From Azolla caroliniana (lineage: Eukaryota > Plantae > Polypodiophyta): a stretch of DNA of 64,000 nucleotides. The stretch is taken from the NCBI GenBank assembly GCA_043228905.1, contig JBHGNT010000022.1, forward strand, positions 9,238,001 through 9,302,000. Reading direction: 5' to 3'. The notes beneath the pieces were generated by a model that saw only the letters and a list, made by a program, of their open reading frames with translations, was not told the DNA's origin and did not search any database. This document shows positions 62,129 to 64,000 of the stretch, in pieces. The translations under genes were made by a program, and so were the position numbers. Each line of letters starts with the position of its first letter. Position 1 is the stretch's first letter.

Positions 62129-64000
62129 ATGGACCCGCAAATGCTGTCGGAAGCCGCCAACCCATGGCTAAAGCAACACGGGCTCGAGGGCTTCTTAATG
62201 ATGATGGAAGTACCGCCACACAAAGAAGCCGACAAGGTGATCAAAGAAATCGACACAGAGGTCATAACGGCAGAGGCGATTCGAGCGTTAACAGGCCTTC
62301 CAGAGGGAGGCATACTCACGATTGACAATCCAACCCCGGAGCAACTCATCAGGTATTTTGATGAGTACTCCCTAGCCAGCAAGGGCTACCGGACACAGGG
62401 CAGCGGAGATATGTTGTTCCACGAGATTGCTCGTGTGCTCCACGAATACGGCCATGTGTACCCTAGACCCCCTGTCATGCTGCAGAACCGGGCAGGGATG
62501 ATCATTGCCACCCATGAAGGGATCAAGGTGGATTGGCCGGTATTGATTGCAGACGATCAAGATCGTCAGAGGCAAAGACAGCAAAGAAGGCCGAGACGGA
62601 CGGAGGATATGGCACGCCGTAACGCAGTGGCTCACCTTACTTGTGCCACCCGTCCAACCCGTCCAGCCCAAGAAGCGAGGAAGAGTGGCTGACGGCACCC
62701 CAAAGACGGCGTCCAAAAGACAACAGTTGTTGGCCTCTAAGGCCACTAAGGGGAAGGTGGCGGACGCAGAACAGGCGGGAAAGGAGAGCGGCAGCCGGAA
62801 GTGTCGAACGGATGCGCAGGAGGAACCACTGGCACGGCCCGTAAAGGTTAGACTTTGCCGACCGGTGAATAGAGAAGCAGACCCCTTGGCAGCAAAACTC
62901 AATGCTCGGACTCAGGAAGAGGAAATAGAGGAGGAGCCTACGGAGCACCTCCAGCGACGGTCGTCGGCAAGGACCGTTGAGGCAGCCGGGAAACGTTCGG
63001 ACCCTCAGATGGAGGGAACACCGGCTCCCCATACTGAGACTCCCACGCCAAGGAAGGAACCGGAACCAGTGTGCATGGCACCGGAATCAGAAGCCCCGGC
63101 ACCACCGGCAACACCAACAAGTCCCATCCCGCCAGAGCCGGAAAGGTCAATGCAGCCTCCCTCGGCCAACCAAGAAGAAGCGCAAGGGGAACCAGGACAG
63201 CAGGGTGGTCCACCGGCAAGTTGCAACTTGGCACAACCAGGCGGGACCACCCATCTACAAGTGAGCCCATCTGTCAAACCTCCGTGCAAGCACAACAATG
63301 CACCGGTGGATAGGCGAACAGATAGCCGGAGCAGTGGGGTATATTGAGGCGGAAGAAAGAGCGCAAAGCGAACGGTTGCTCGTCACAACCGAACAATTAG
63401 AGACGGCCCGGTCCAGAATCCGGTGCCTTGAAAAAGACTTGGATCAGGTCACGATAGAGATGGCCAAAATGGCCTTAACGGCAACACAGATCCAATCACC
63501 GGTGACTCCGGTAAGTGTACAGAATAAAGAAACGGATCGACCTGTACATACCAATAAGACCCCGGCAATGGAAACCGTTCCGACAAGAGATGCGGCGCAA
63601 GCCCAGGAGCTTGTGGAATTGAGAGATGAACTTGCCGCACAGGAAGCGCTAAGTAGCCGTGAACGGGAATTGAAGACAGCGGCCGAACCCGAATTAAAGA
63701 AGACTACTGAGAACCTCCACCGGGCAGAGGAGAGCCTCCGGAAAGGCCATCAAGCGTATGACCGACTAAGGGAGGAAAAATACAAAGTGCTACAGGAAAA
63801 GGACAAGCTGCGGAAGACGGCGGAAACAGAAATTGAACGGCTAAAGGAAGAGCTCCGCCAGCAGAAGAACCGCGAGGACCGGGCCCGTCGACAGATCAAT
63901 GCACGGCTCAAGCAAAAGACAGATGATTTTGAGCACCTGCACCGGGACTTCAAACGGCTGGAAACGGAGCCTAAGGAACGGATGGCCGAGCTCCAGCAGG
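62129..64000 (+). pseudogene. Extra ORF of gypsy copy 2 (frameshifted, truncated by the window edge)
   Basis: MDPQMLSEAANPWLKQHGLEGFL...IKVDWPVLIAD, followed by the linker and coiled-coil start matching 24325-26994. Confidence 0.85.

Larger units (their letters stand above)
55493..64000 (+). mobile_element. Second, older copy of the tRNA-Arg gypsy family with the extra ORF; runs off the right edge
   Basis: 5' LTR 55493-55893 resembles the reverse complement of 33312-33730; PBS TGGCGACCAC 55901-55910; collinear with 23854-33730. Confidence 0.95.

Overview
Plant nuclear, gene-free, heterochromatin-type window made almost entirely of nested LTR retrotransposons. A plastid clpP fragment with apparently unedited codons suggests a non-seed plant, probably a fern (inference). 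Contents: (i) several Ty1/copia elements with tRNA-iMet primer binding sites (PBS); three are complete with target-site duplications (TSDs): 795-5824, 5857-9778 and 22476-38022. (ii) Two copies of a tRNA-Arg-primed non-chromovirus Ty3/gypsy family (23854-33730, very young; 55493->64000, decayed) carrying a large extra ORF (~890 codons) after pol; the complete copy has no canonical polypurine tract (PPT). (iii) A tRNA-Trp-primed Ty3/gypsy with full pol (39312-47442) plus at least three pol-less relatives, in which Gag is followed by a shared acidic repeat region and which share a hairpin+PPT cis-module; one has a tRNA-like A/B-box module in its LTRs. (iv) Solo LTRs, a degraded chromovirus integrase, a local duplication with a microhomology junction, and a short nuclear copy of plastid DNA (NUPT: clpP intron 2 end plus exon 3) among filler DNA. 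No intact host gene was seen. Boundaries were read by eye and may be off by a few bases. Lineage names are motif-based, not database-verified.
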